Source of the DNA: a virus
Taxonomy: Duplodnaviria > Caudoviricetes
DNA: 61,959 nucleotides
Strand: one strand, 5' to 3'
Virus record (IMG/VR): IMGVR_UViG_3300026274_000003
Coordinates: 1-61,959 of that record
A model generated the notes under the pieces. The model ran no database searches. It saw nothing but the letters and a program-made list of their open reading frames with translations, and was not told the origin of the DNA. Numbering within the stretch: the stretch's first letter is position 1; each line of letters opens with the position of its first letter. Below are positions 27,077 through 37,700 of the stretch, in pieces. A program made the position numbers and the translations under genes.

Positions 27077-27982
27077 TTAGAAGTTGGTTGAGATACCAAA
27101 AGCCGGCAATGACATAGCCGTAGGTAATTGATTAGTATCAATCGTTTTGACAAAACCAAATGCAGCAAATGTACCAGCAGCAACTTGGTCATAAAATGCA
27201 TTGGTATGATTGTCCTGCATGAAGATAATAACAGCAAAACCATTGCCAATTTTGGCAATTTCGATTTGAATATAATTGGCCGTGTAATTCGCAGTTGTAT
27301 TTGTTTCCACCAATACACTGGTAACTGAACCCGGCATAGCAGAATATGGAATACTAGTCATTGCAACGGTGCCGCCTGATATACTACACCCCGTGCTAGT
27401 AAACACGACCGTACCCAAGCTAGACAAAAACGAATTCCAAGATGCATCTTGTGTGGTAGAAGCATTTGGATGACCAAAGTTTATAGTAACTCTACCACCA
27501 GTATTAAAGAACGCTGCTGCTGCCGCTTCTGATCCCCACTGTAAATTAACTTGAGCACCGATACCAGATGCTCCACCACCCCAAGCTGCGGCGCGAGTAA
27601 CCGTAGTCGCACCGGTTGGAGCAATCACACTCAAAGCTGATGAGTTAACTGTCAATCTATTGGTTGAACAATAAGTTGCGGTGTTAGCATATGCGGCAAT
27701 GTCAGATGCTTTGATTTTTATCCCAGTAGTAATAACTGGCAGAGTGGCACTCGATGGTGCCGCCCCAGTAATGTGAGCATATGCTCTCGCTATGTCAGTA
27801 TACAATCCATTCCATTGCGACGCCCCAATTATGGTTCCAGTAGTAAGAGTGGGAGCACTTACCAAAGTCTGGTTGTAACCAAAAGTTGAGTTGACGGCAG
27901 GAACTCCCATCACACCAGCAATAGTGCTTCTGATGGTGTTGTAGTCTGATGCTGGTACTTTGGTTCCTACTGCTCCGCTCAT
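27077..27982 (-). CDS. Virion structural (tail/fibre-associated) protein
   Basis: A/T/G/S-rich; ASDYN, GYNQ, ASQWNGL, AFFNTGG pattern typical of jumbo-phage tail proteins. Confidence 0.7.
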   Translation of the reverse strand: MSGAVGTKVPASDYNTIRSTIAGVMGVPAVNSTFGYNQTLVSAPTLTTGTIIGASQWNGLYTDIARAYAHITGAAPSSATLPVITTGIKIKASDIAAYANTATYCSTNRLTVNSSALSVIAPTGATTVTRAAAWGGGASGIGAQVNLQWGSEAAAAAFFNTGGRVTINFGHPNASTTQDASWNSFLSSLGTVVFTSTGCSISGGTVAMTSIPYSAMPGSVTSVLVETNTTANYTANYIQIEIAKIGNGFAVIIFMQDNHTNAFYDQVAAGTFAAFGFVKTIDTNQLPTAMSLPAFGISTNF

Positions 27983-29100
27983 TACTTAACTCCTACAGTA
28001 ATTTCCAAGAGACCTACGTCATCAGTAGTTTTGTCAGCAAGTGCTCGACCAATAACTACGAAACTATTTGCAATATCGCTTAGTTCTGCTGCTTGCGCTA
28101 CACCAGCAAAGCTTGATGTAACCAAGCGCTGACCCTTCTTTACTTGACCGATAACCTTGACTGGTACTCGACCGGCTAAAGCCACATATGGATGAGTAGT
28201 ATCATCACCAGCTTCACTATTCATCATATACGCGGGCGCAGTTGAAATAACACCAAACACGTCAGTACTGAATGCCGTATTGCTCTTGGTGATTTCTTTT
28301 GAACCACCCAGAATCACCACATCACCAGCTTCTACCGTACCGTCTACTTCATAACGTTCGGCCATGTCAGCATAATTTGCTGAAGTGGCAGTACCTTGGA
28401 ATGTTACCGCATAAACGTTTGCATAACGCGCAGTTCCGGAACCCAAATTGTATGTCGCATCGGCCGTTGGCAAGTTGGTAATATTGGTGTGCATGATCGT
28501 TGCGTCTGATGGGACGAACGATGTTGGATTAACCCATGTATATGCAGTGCCAGCAGAATTGACAGCCAGAACTTGATTAGCCGTACCAAGAGTGGTAAGT
28601 AGTGCACCGCCACCGTTGCCAACAACTACTTGACCTGCTGGTAATGATGACACACCGGTACCACCGGCCACTATTGGAATTAGTGGTGTTCCAAGTGGTG
28701 GGTTGTAAAGTTGTATTTTGGAAACATAAGTTGCTGCGGTATCAGCGGTTGATGCTGAATTGGCAATCAATGAATTAACTTCAGCTTGTACCGTATTGAA
28801 TGCACTTAGGAGTGCATAATTTGCCAACTCCGATTCTTGGGCGACTTGAGCCCAGCCAGTTCCATTGTAGTAATTAATAGCCAAATTGCCGCTATTATAC
28901 CACAACTGTCCAATCAAAGGAGCTGTTGGTGCTGTCGGCCCAGCAAAATTTTCCAATTGCAAAATAGTATTGCTTGCAATTAGTTGCCCGTAACCAGAAG
29001 TACCTTGACCCACAAGAACCAACGACGTCGCCGTATTGGTTGCTCCTGCTGGGACAGTAAAACTGCCATTTACGGTGGTTGAAACCACGTAATTTGTCAT
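27982..29100 (-). CDS. Tail fibre protein with C-terminal intramolecular chaperone (peptidase G2-like)
   Basis: N-terminus shared with 13865..15496; YADMAERY...GVISTAPA...VALAGRVPVKV. Confidence 0.8.
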   Translation of the reverse strand: MTNYVVSTTVNGSFTVPAGATNTATSLVLVGQGTSGYGQLIASNTILQLENFAGPTAPTAPLIGQLWYNSGNLAINYYNGTGWAQVAQESELANYALLSAFNTVQAEVNSLIANSASTADTAATYVSKIQLYNPPLGTPLIPIVAGGTGVSSLPAGQVVVGNGGGALLTTLGTANQVLAVNSAGTAYTWVNPTSFVPSDATIMHTNITNLPTADATYNLGSGTARYANVYAVTFQGTATSANYADMAERYEVDGTVEAGDVVILGGSKEITKSNTAFSTDVFGVISTAPAYMMNSEAGDDTTHPYVALAGRVPVKVIGQVKKGQRLVTSSFAGVAQAAELSDIANSFVVIGRALADKTTDDVGLLEITVGVK

Positions 29101-29126
29101 CTATAACTCCGAATACCTTATTGTTC

Positions 29127-29134
29127 TATTTATA
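29127..29134 (-). promoter_or_regulatory. T4-type late promoter
   Basis: TATAAATA on minus strand. Confidence 0.7.
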
Positions 29135-29152
29135 ACTGCTACTTTAATACCA

Positions 29153-29773
29153 TTAGACCATTGAGATTCGAACGGTATAGATGACTTCAATTACACGATT
29201 TAATGCTTTTTGGAACGGATTAAAAATTACGTGTGTGAGAAGACGTCTTACGCTAGTAGTAGGATCATAGGTCATAAGGCCAATCTCATCAAACGTATAT
29301 TGCGCATTGGTTTGTGTGGCCGAATCGAACGCATCTTGATCAGGCGGCTCGCCATAATTCAAGGTACAAGTAACAATAATGTCTGTATAGGTATTACCAG
29401 CAATATGGTTAGTAGTAACGTTTGTGGTGGTTGGATCATCGGTATATCTAGCACTACGATTATTAACGATCTTGTAATAAGTGTCGTTGTACAACGTAGC
29501 GGTCAAACCGGTAATGTTTGGTGAAAAATAGCTAATGGTACCAGTAGCCGATACCACAGATCCACCATTACCAAAATGCATTTCTTCAATAACACCAGTA
29601 GAAAAGTCAGCCATACTGAGAGCTATGGCATTACTAAAATTTTCGTAATGGATGCTATTGTGCTTATCTCTAAAGACTTCTTTAGTTTCGGCATCACGAA
29701 TAAGAACGTGACCTTCTATTTTAAGGCGAGCGCAATCGTGTAAGCCAGTATTGCTATTGTCTGGTGTTGCCAT
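29153..29773 (-). CDS. Virion structural protein (baseplate/fibre attachment-like)
   Basis: GHVLIRD, FGNGG, LNYGEP, FDEIGL, LLTHVIF.P.QK. Confidence 0.75.
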   Translation of the reverse strand: MATPDNSNTGLHDCARLKIEGHVLIRDAETKEVFRDKHNSIHYENFSNAIALSMADFSTGVIEEMHFGNGGSVVSATGTISYFSPNITGLTATLYNDTYYKIVNNRSARYTDDPTTTNVTTNHIAGNTYTDIIVTCTLNYGEPPDQDAFDSATQTNAQYTFDEIGLMTYDPTTSVRRLLTHVIFNPFQKALNRVIEVIYTVRISMV

Positions 29774-29924
29774 CTGAATCCTCTGGGGGAAGATTCCGTG
29801 CTGTATTTTTGATATTAACCAAAATTTTACCGGAATCCACGTCTCTGATTAGCAAATGATCCATAACTTGTATGGGGGCATCATCTACTAACCTTTTGTC
29901 GTCGTTGTTGTTTTCTGTATTCAT
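29754..29924 (-). CDS. 56-aa protein missing from the ORF track
   Basis: MNTENNNDDKRLVDDAPIQVMDHLLIRDVDSGKILVNIKN...; HLLIRDVDSGKIL resembles HVLIRDAETKEV of the next gene. Confidence 0.6.
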   Translation of the reverse strand: MNTENNNDDKRLVDDAPIQVMDHLLIRDVDSGKILVNIKNTARNLPPEDSDGNTRQ

Positions 29925-29954
29925 ATTTATATGTTGGATAAAGTGCGTAGATAA
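29924..29954 (-). promoter_or_regulatory. Bipartite late promoter
   Basis: TTATCTACGCACTT-N10-ATAAATA. Confidence 0.7.
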
Positions 29955-29959
29955 AGAAA

Positions 29960-29982
29960 CACCATTAGAACTTCTAATGGTG
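29960..29982. terminator. Terminator-like hairpin
   Basis: caccattagaa-c-ttctaatggtg. Confidence 0.55.
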
Positions 29983-30003
29983 AATTTTTCAATATAGAAC
30001 CGA

Positions 30004-31722
30004 TTACAGCTTCAAATATGGTATATAACTTGGGAAATACGTTGGCATGGCCGGAACCTGGAAATAACTCGTAGTATCATACGATAATGGGGTATAGGCA
30101 TATACTGCATTAGCCACTGTACTCATAAAGAATGCAACATCATTCACATCTACCACTGTGGTCATTGGGGCAGGAATACCAGAAGATATAACAGTAAAAT
30201 TAGCACCATCAGTTGAAATCAGAATAAGTTCAGTATTGGTAGTGACAATCAAACGATTATCCGCTGTCCACCACATATCTTCAACTTTCACCGAAGTATT
30301 ACTGGTTATGGCAATAACGATTGGTGTGTAAGTAATAAAATCCGAAGTGGAATAGATAGTAATACTAGATGATGACAAACTGGATGAAAAGTAAGTGGCA
30401 TCATTATATTGTGTCAAATTCAAAAACGGAGCAGGCGGCGGATTGCCCAAAGCAGTGAATGTGGTGTTACTTGGTGTAAACTGGTAACATTGATTGCCAT
30501 AGATCGCAGCTCCGACAATAGAACCATCATTTCGTGTAACAAAACGATCAATTGTCACTGGGGCAGTTAATGCCGTCCAATTAATACCATCGGTAGATAT
30601 TTGTGCTTTATTTGATCCATACGTTGATGCTACATATGGACTAGAATATGAAATCGATTGTACTTGTTCAGGAATAGTTGGAACATTAATAGTCCAAGTG
30701 CTGCCATCAGCAGATTCGGCAAAATTACCACTAACACAACCAGCAACATAATTGACTGACGATCCTGCAATGGAACCAGAAATACAAGTAATTTGTTCAG
30801 TCAGTGTTTGGATAGACCAAGTGACACCATTATCTGCTGATGTGGCTATTTGCAAACCAGCCACCGCAAATAGTCGGTTACTCAATTTGCATTTCAACAA
30901 TGTAGTTACCACTGCTGAATTTCCCAAGGTAGCCGCAGTCCATTGATTGTTTGGAAACAATGAAACGATATTAGTATAAGTGGTATCAGTCAGTGAATAT
31001 ATTTGTGGTGTTGCGATGGATATAAATCCAGCTCCAGGATTTACGGCAGAGTACATGACATTACCAGGAGATAATGAACTAGCAACCGCACTTGACGACG
31101 CAGGAACGGATAAAACTCCATTAGTGTCAATCGCCAATCCTGAACCAATAAGCACACTACCCTTTTGCGTAGTTGATGCTGTTGGAACAGAAATAACTCC
31201 ATGACTATCAACATTGAGTCCCAATCCTACTACCACTGCACCGATTTGCGTAGTGGATGCAGTTGGCAGCACATATGAATTTGCGGCCAATACTCCATTG
31301 GTAATGGTCAGATTGGACCCAATCTTGACTCCACCCATAACAGTCGCAGACGCGGTAGGTAAAGTATACGGCACGTAATTGGGTGATATGGTCAAATTCC
31401 CCAAACTATCTACTACGAACTGACTGCCTGGGATTACGCCACCCAGAGTAGTAGAGGTTGCCACTGGAACCACTGGGTTCAAATCAGCAACCGACCAAGT
31501 CAATACATTATTATTGCTGATTTGTAAAATAGCCCCTAGAGGTCCATTAATTGATGGCCATTGTAGACCATTTAATGCAACTGCCTCGGTAGAAAGCATT
31601 AATGGTGCGACATTACCATCACCGTCTTCTACAGGTTGTAATACGGTAGTTAAGCTATTCCCGTTTATTTTTAGCAGCTCACTGAACGTCGCGTTTAGTG
31701 TCTGGCCTGATAATGTTGTCAT
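30004..31722 (-). CDS. Fibre protein with PTAS..LGGV..G..L repeats and beta-propeller-like C-terminus
   Basis: Four P.AS.T..G.V..G..L....G.L repeats; S.DG..W (Asp-box-like) repeats. Confidence 0.75.
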   Translation of the reverse strand: MTTLSGQTLNATFSELLKINGNSLTTVLQPVEDGDGNVAPLMLSTEAVALNGLQWPSINGPLGAILQISNNNVLTWSVADLNPVVPVATSTTLGGVIPGSQFVVDSLGNLTISPNYVPYTLPTASATVMGGVKIGSNLTITNGVLAANSYVLPTASTTQIGAVVVGLGLNVDSHGVISVPTASTTQKGSVLIGSGLAIDTNGVLSVPASSSAVASSLSPGNVMYSAVNPGAGFISIATPQIYSLTDTTYTNIVSLFPNNQWTAATLGNSAVVTTLLKCKLSNRLFAVAGLQIATSADNGVTWSIQTLTEQITCISGSIAGSSVNYVAGCVSGNFAESADGSTWTINVPTIPEQVQSISYSSPYVASTYGSNKAQISTDGINWTALTAPVTIDRFVTRNDGSIVGAAIYGNQCYQFTPSNTTFTALGNPPPAPFLNLTQYNDATYFSSSLSSSSITIYSTSDFITYTPIVIAITSNTSVKVEDMWWTADNRLIVTTNTELILISTDGANFTVISSGIPAPMTTVVDVNDVAFFMSTVANAVYAYTPLSYDTTSYFQVPAMPTYFPSYIPYLKL

Positions 31723-31760
31723 ATGTTCTCCAAAAGAACAACTAGTTCAATATTTAACAA

Positions 31761-31783
31761 GAATGGCGGCAACGCCGCCATTC
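31761..31783. terminator. Hairpin after giant gene
   Basis: gaatggcggc-aac-gccgccattc. Confidence 0.6.
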
Positions 31784-31785
31784 CC

Positions 31786-34700
31786 TTAAGAAGTCCACTG
31801 ATCATTGTCATCCCATGCTGGAGCAATATCAGTCCATTCAATTGGTGCTGGAGTTACGGTAGGAATTATGTACTTTGGCACCACTAATTTAGCAGTAGAT
31901 ACTGATAATACTTCTTCATTAACTGGATGGTTCACAATAGATGATCCACGATAGCCACGAATTACATTTTCTAACGTAATGGTATTAGCAGTACTATCAA
32001 ATGTTGCTTCCACGAAGTATATCAATTCCTGCCCAACCCACATATAACCAGGATGGTATATCGTACGATCCAATTTAAACATTGACACTAATGGGGTAGC
32101 ATCACTCAATACTGGCGTGATTACCACATTTGTTGATTCTTGCGTCATTGCCGTAACTAAGGTGTAACAATCACTGTCTTCAATTACTGAATAACGATCA
32201 GCAATTCCAAAGTCACGCAATGGATCCAAGAATGTCAAAGTAGTTTCTGGCGATTTTGCATGTGGTGCACGGAATACCGTAATTACTACGTGATCACCAG
32301 CTACCGCAATCACGCCGTTTTCTTCATTCAGTCTAACGGCCATACTGTTTGGACCAAATTCGGCGTAACGATCACGAGCATCTTCATCCCATGCTGGAAT
32401 ATCAAATCCATTATCAGCAGCATTGACATAGTATTGTGTACCTTCAATCAACTTACGACCGTTCAATGTCACCCACAAACTAGCAACGTTGTCATACGTT
32501 CCTGGAATTGGGAACCAGTTATCACCACTGATATGATCATAAGTCACAGTACGCATATCAAATGCATCTGGTTTTGTGAACGTAGTGACAGTCAAACGAC
32601 TAGCATTCGGGAACTGTGGCGCAAAGGCCACCGCATCGCTGTATTGTGCTTGACTTGCATCATAAACGATCAAATCACCAGTAGGAACCACTCCCGCCAC
32701 TGACAGCATCTCGATCTGGTTACCCATCATCAATGCAGTTGCTTGCGCATTTGGATCTGAACTTACCACAGTCCAAGTAAACCCAGTCAAGTCATTTGGT
32801 AATGTATCACCGTATACAATACTCACTGCAATATCAGTACTGTAAGCCTGCATGTTAATCAATCGACCTTCATACATGGTCAAGTTGATAGATGAATCTG
32901 GGTTCGATGGAGACAACACATACTTCTCGTAGAACGTTGGATCATCCCATGTTGATACGTTATCCCATGAATCTTCATCCCAACCAACTGTGATCAGACT
33001 GTTTGGTTCTGGGTGATCAGGATTCAAATTACCCAAGCTGTAACCAGGAGCAGTACCAACAATCATACTGACTATCATTGGTGCACTGTTTCCTTGTGTT
33101 ACGATCAAGTCACTAGCAGCCCAATTTGCACCTAGATTTACCGAACGTGTATTACCAGGCACAATTACATTTTGGCGTACGTCTACACCAAAAATAACTG
33201 GTTGCCAGTTGAATGTTGCTGTAACATTGTTGATGTCTAGAACAGCATCCAATTCCAAAGTAGGATTAGCAGGAGTTATGAATGCTTCGTAAATTCCTGA
33301 ACCCATCACACGCAAACCGTCGACTTCAATAATAGACTGAATATATCTTGGAGCGACTGTCAAACCCAACGCACCACTCAAAGACTCAGAACCCATTGAA
33401 CTCATTGCCAATTCTGTAACTTCAACTATGTTGAAACCAGAATTCACATTCGTCACTCGCATGCTGACTATTTTGATATAGCTGTTCAAAGCTGGAGCAG
33501 TACTAAATGTCAATACGCCGTTAGTTACACCAAAGTTTGTTGCTTGTATTCCATCAATAGTCACATATTGAATCAACGTGTCAGTAGATAATACGTATGA
33601 ATCAACAGTGATTGGGAAACTTACGGTAGTACCATCCCCGTTGAAGTAATTCATGCCAACAATGTTGTCTTCTTCAGTACCAGCAGTATAGGTAGTACCA
33701 CCGTAACCCCATACCACAGCTTGCATTACTGAATTGACATCAGTACCCAAGTAAGTAAATTCTGAGTCACGAGCATCAAATGTTACATCAATCTGTGGTA
33801 CTCGAGTTCCGTTATCATACAAAGCAATTGCTTGCTTTGATTGTGCTGGAATTGGTAATGTGGCAGTATTACTTTCCAGTAAATTCATATTTGTCAATTC
33901 CATCTGTGCCGAACCAGGGGTCCATGTTTGATGGATTTTGATTCGAACACCAGCAACGACATTAACGTCAACTAGTTCTTCTGGGTGATCAGCAGCATGG
34001 TATGGATCTGCCAATGTACTGCCATTGATTATTGCTTCATAAGCCGAATCAGCAGTAGTCAAAGCACCACCATTCAAAATTGCTTGTGGTGTATCAGCAG
34101 CAACTAGCATGATAATAACCGTGTCACCAGCAGCCATTACATCCATGGAGATATAAATTTTCCACAGATTAGCCACATTGCTATCTTGAATAATAATGTA
34201 ATCTTGATTCAACAATGACAAACGACTGCCATTACGGAAAATTTCAATTCTGTGACCAGAGGTATAATCAAATTCTGGCGTCGTTGCATTGAATTGGAAC
34301 AAGAATGCATCCCAAATTCCAACTTGTGAACCAGTGTTGTTTAATTGATTCCAATCAGCATTAAGGTAATTGTCCCAAGTGGTCATGGTTAATGAGTCCC
34401 ACACGTCACTACCGGTATCCAAAGCATCGTTTGGATTATCCCAAGCAGTATCGACCGCAGTAGAGCCACCACCATATGGAATGTTATCCCAGTCGGAAGG
34501 CAAACGGTATGAACCGGCATCAAATTTCTGTGCAAAGTACACGAAACTTGGTGCATTTGTAATCAGGAAATTACCATTTACATCAGGAGCAAATGTCAAC
34601 GCATGCACATCAAACGGTGGGCTTGCATAATTACCACCACTCAAAGTCGCAGCATTGAACAAAATACCCTTCATGATCTTCGACAGAGCTGGTTTGGATG

Positions 34701-37700
34701 TAACATCACCAGACCAATATTCTTTCAAACGATCCATAGCCAAACCATTAGTTTGGATACTATCATCAGATACTCGATCAAATGTCAATGTGACATTGAT
34801 TTTACGGACTTGATTGTTACCAGCTTGCCAATTGTTATACCAATCAGCATAATTACCAGTTTGCAATATGACGATGTCTGCTGGTACATTAGGATTTAAG
34901 ACTCGATATCCAGGCAATGATGCATCAAAATACACTGGCTTATCAAAGTCAGTAGCGTGCACCTGAGCAGTGTCAGAAATACCATACTTACTAATGAAAT
35001 CTCGGATCTTTACGTGATATGGTTTTACTTCATCAATGTAGGCCAATAAGTCGCTAGTGTAGTCAATGCTAGCAATTGGACTAGCAATCAAGTTTGCGTT
35101 AAACCCTTGAATATACATGAATGATGTCTTGAAACACCAGTCAATAAAGTCTTGTTCAGTGTGAGCATATTTGACGGTGCTAAAGAACAAATTGTTCAAT
35201 TCCAACGCGGTCATCACTGAATCTCTTAACGCGTTTATGAAAAAGTTCAATTCCAAACCCATATCACGGTTGTTTACCATTGAAGCAAATGCTATTGGGT
35301 CAAATGCTCCTATAGTAGTACCAGTGATGTCAAGTACTGGACCTGTATTTCCATAGACATTAGGATTGAGCTGAATAGTACCATTCTCTTTTGCCACAAC
35401 GGTCCAAACTCCGTTACTGAATGACTGCCACATCCAACGACCTTGACCATCGTTATTAACTAGAACATAGCCAACAGTTGGATTAGCACCAAGGGCAAGG
35501 TCGCGGTCTGTTTGTGAGTTGAATACCAAACTAGGTACCATAGTGGAATCATATCCAGTAGCGTACCAGTCAACAACCGTGAAAATGCTACTTGTATCGT
35601 AACGTTGGGTTTCAGCTATTACAAATGTTGTGCCATTCCATTCCCATACGGTCCAGAAGTTTGCCGTTGATGCATTGGCCGTAACCAAGATGCGGGTACC
35701 TACAGTCAAGCCGGTCAATGCGCTAAGAGCGGTTAATGACGAGACTTGTTGGTCCCAACGAGTTGACACTGCAAACGGATTGTTGGAATCCTTCGTAGTC
35801 TGCATAACAGACCAGAAAGGAGTATCGGTACCAAAATTGGCAACTACACCAGAAGGAACATTGGCATTTGCCAATTCTTGCAAAGTACCATAGCGAATTT
35901 GACCTTGATATTCATTAGGAATTGGCTCGATATAAGCGGAACCAAGCGTCTGAGTCCATTGCAAATATTGTTGATTATGTTCAACAGCAGTCAATGCAGT
36001 CAATGCATATGGGCGTTCATCACTTAACAACAAACTAGCGAAATAATTGTTCAAATACTGAACAATATGCTTTCTAGCGTTTGTTGAATTTATAAACCAA
36101 CTCTGACCATCACGCAAGCTATCGCCAACCTGAGCTGTTGCATACAGCTTTGGATTTGGCACTGGATTACCCAATGGATCTCGAGCTACCATGGAAGTTA
36201 CCATACTGGTAAACAACTCGGCTGAAGGTAAGCTCAATGGATCATTTGGACGTAGCAATTGCCATTCTGAATGCTTGCCAACCTTGGCATCATTTTTTCT
36301 AACACGAATTTGAATCGCGCTTGTTGGTGTCAAGTATTGGCTAACTGCTTTCACAATAAGCGAATTAGCGGCAATTGGAGCAATCCATGAAATACCATTG
36401 CTAGCCGGGTCAACGATGATTGCGGCCGCACTGGCTGCACTAATGGTACGGAATGCAACTGCTGGTGTTGTCTGGCGATTCTTTACCCAAAAATAATATT
36501 TGGTTACGAACGTACCTGAGTCGTTATCGTAGACTTGGCTTTCAACCCATGATGGAGTGGTAGCATTGTAAATGTCCCCATCATAAGTGGTTGGATCTGA
36601 TCCTGCAACAAAGTTGGTATGCCAGTCTACTGGTGAAATATCACTTTCTGTCCATTCGTATAATTCAACAGCACAATCAGGCGCTACTGAACCCCAGTTT
36701 GCTTGGCGGTATTGCATTTCCGTTGCGTAGTCATCACCAGCTTTGCTTAGGTCATTGGTTTCAGACAATAAGAAACGGCAAGTACGCAAGTTCCACCAAA
36801 TACGACCAACTTGAGACGCATCCCATTCCAGACCTAATGCTGTTTCTGCACCTTGATTGTATCGAGCTGGATCGTACTCTTGCTTGTATGCCACTTCGCG
36901 CATTGCGGCACCAGGAATCAAACTTTGAACTGGATCAAAAGATACAATGTCCTGATACAGCAATGGATTTGCCTGCATCAAATTACTGGTATTGTCCAAA
37001 GCAGTAACGCTATCATATAGCGCTATAGAATCGATGCGATCTCTATAAATGCGTGGAGCTTGTGTTCTGAACACGTTGAACTGTTGTTCACTCGCACTCC
37101 ATTCACATACAATCCAACGTTTTGCATGAGCGGGATATTGGTTTTGTGTTGATTTCAAGAAGCCCAAGTCAACGTATACCAATTCACCGTCATTCAATAA
37201 TGACCAGTATGCAGTCAATTCCTTAGGCAATGAACCACCGGCAGTAGGCAATACTGATTGATATATGTCAGTATTGGTAAAGACTGGAATGGAACCCAAG
37301 TAAGCATATGATGGATTAACACCAAATACGGTTGCAAAGGTTGAACTATTGTTTTCGTAGAAGCGTAATGACACCAAACGCAATACGATCGGAGCACCAG
37401 TATTTGCAACTAGGTTTCCGTTAGTATCAGTAGTTGGAACATAAGCAACTGATACGTTTACTGCCGCTTCGATAGTTACCACATCGCCATTTACGGCAAT
37501 AGCTCGATAAACTCCAGCAATATCTGGGTCTGTTCCTACAGGCGATGCCAAATAAATGTATTCACCAGCTACGATATTGGTTGGATAGAACAATGTAATA
37601 TCCAAGCCAACAGAACCACCAACGATTTGAACTATTGTATTAGGCAGTGTTTCGGTTGATGCTGGCATGGCACGCAATACGTCCCAGTCATTACATGAAA

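Noticed and set aside
13865-31722. Diversity-generating retroelement or invertible fibre-switching system
   Set aside because: No reverse transcriptase, template/variable repeat pair, invertase or inverted crossover sites seen
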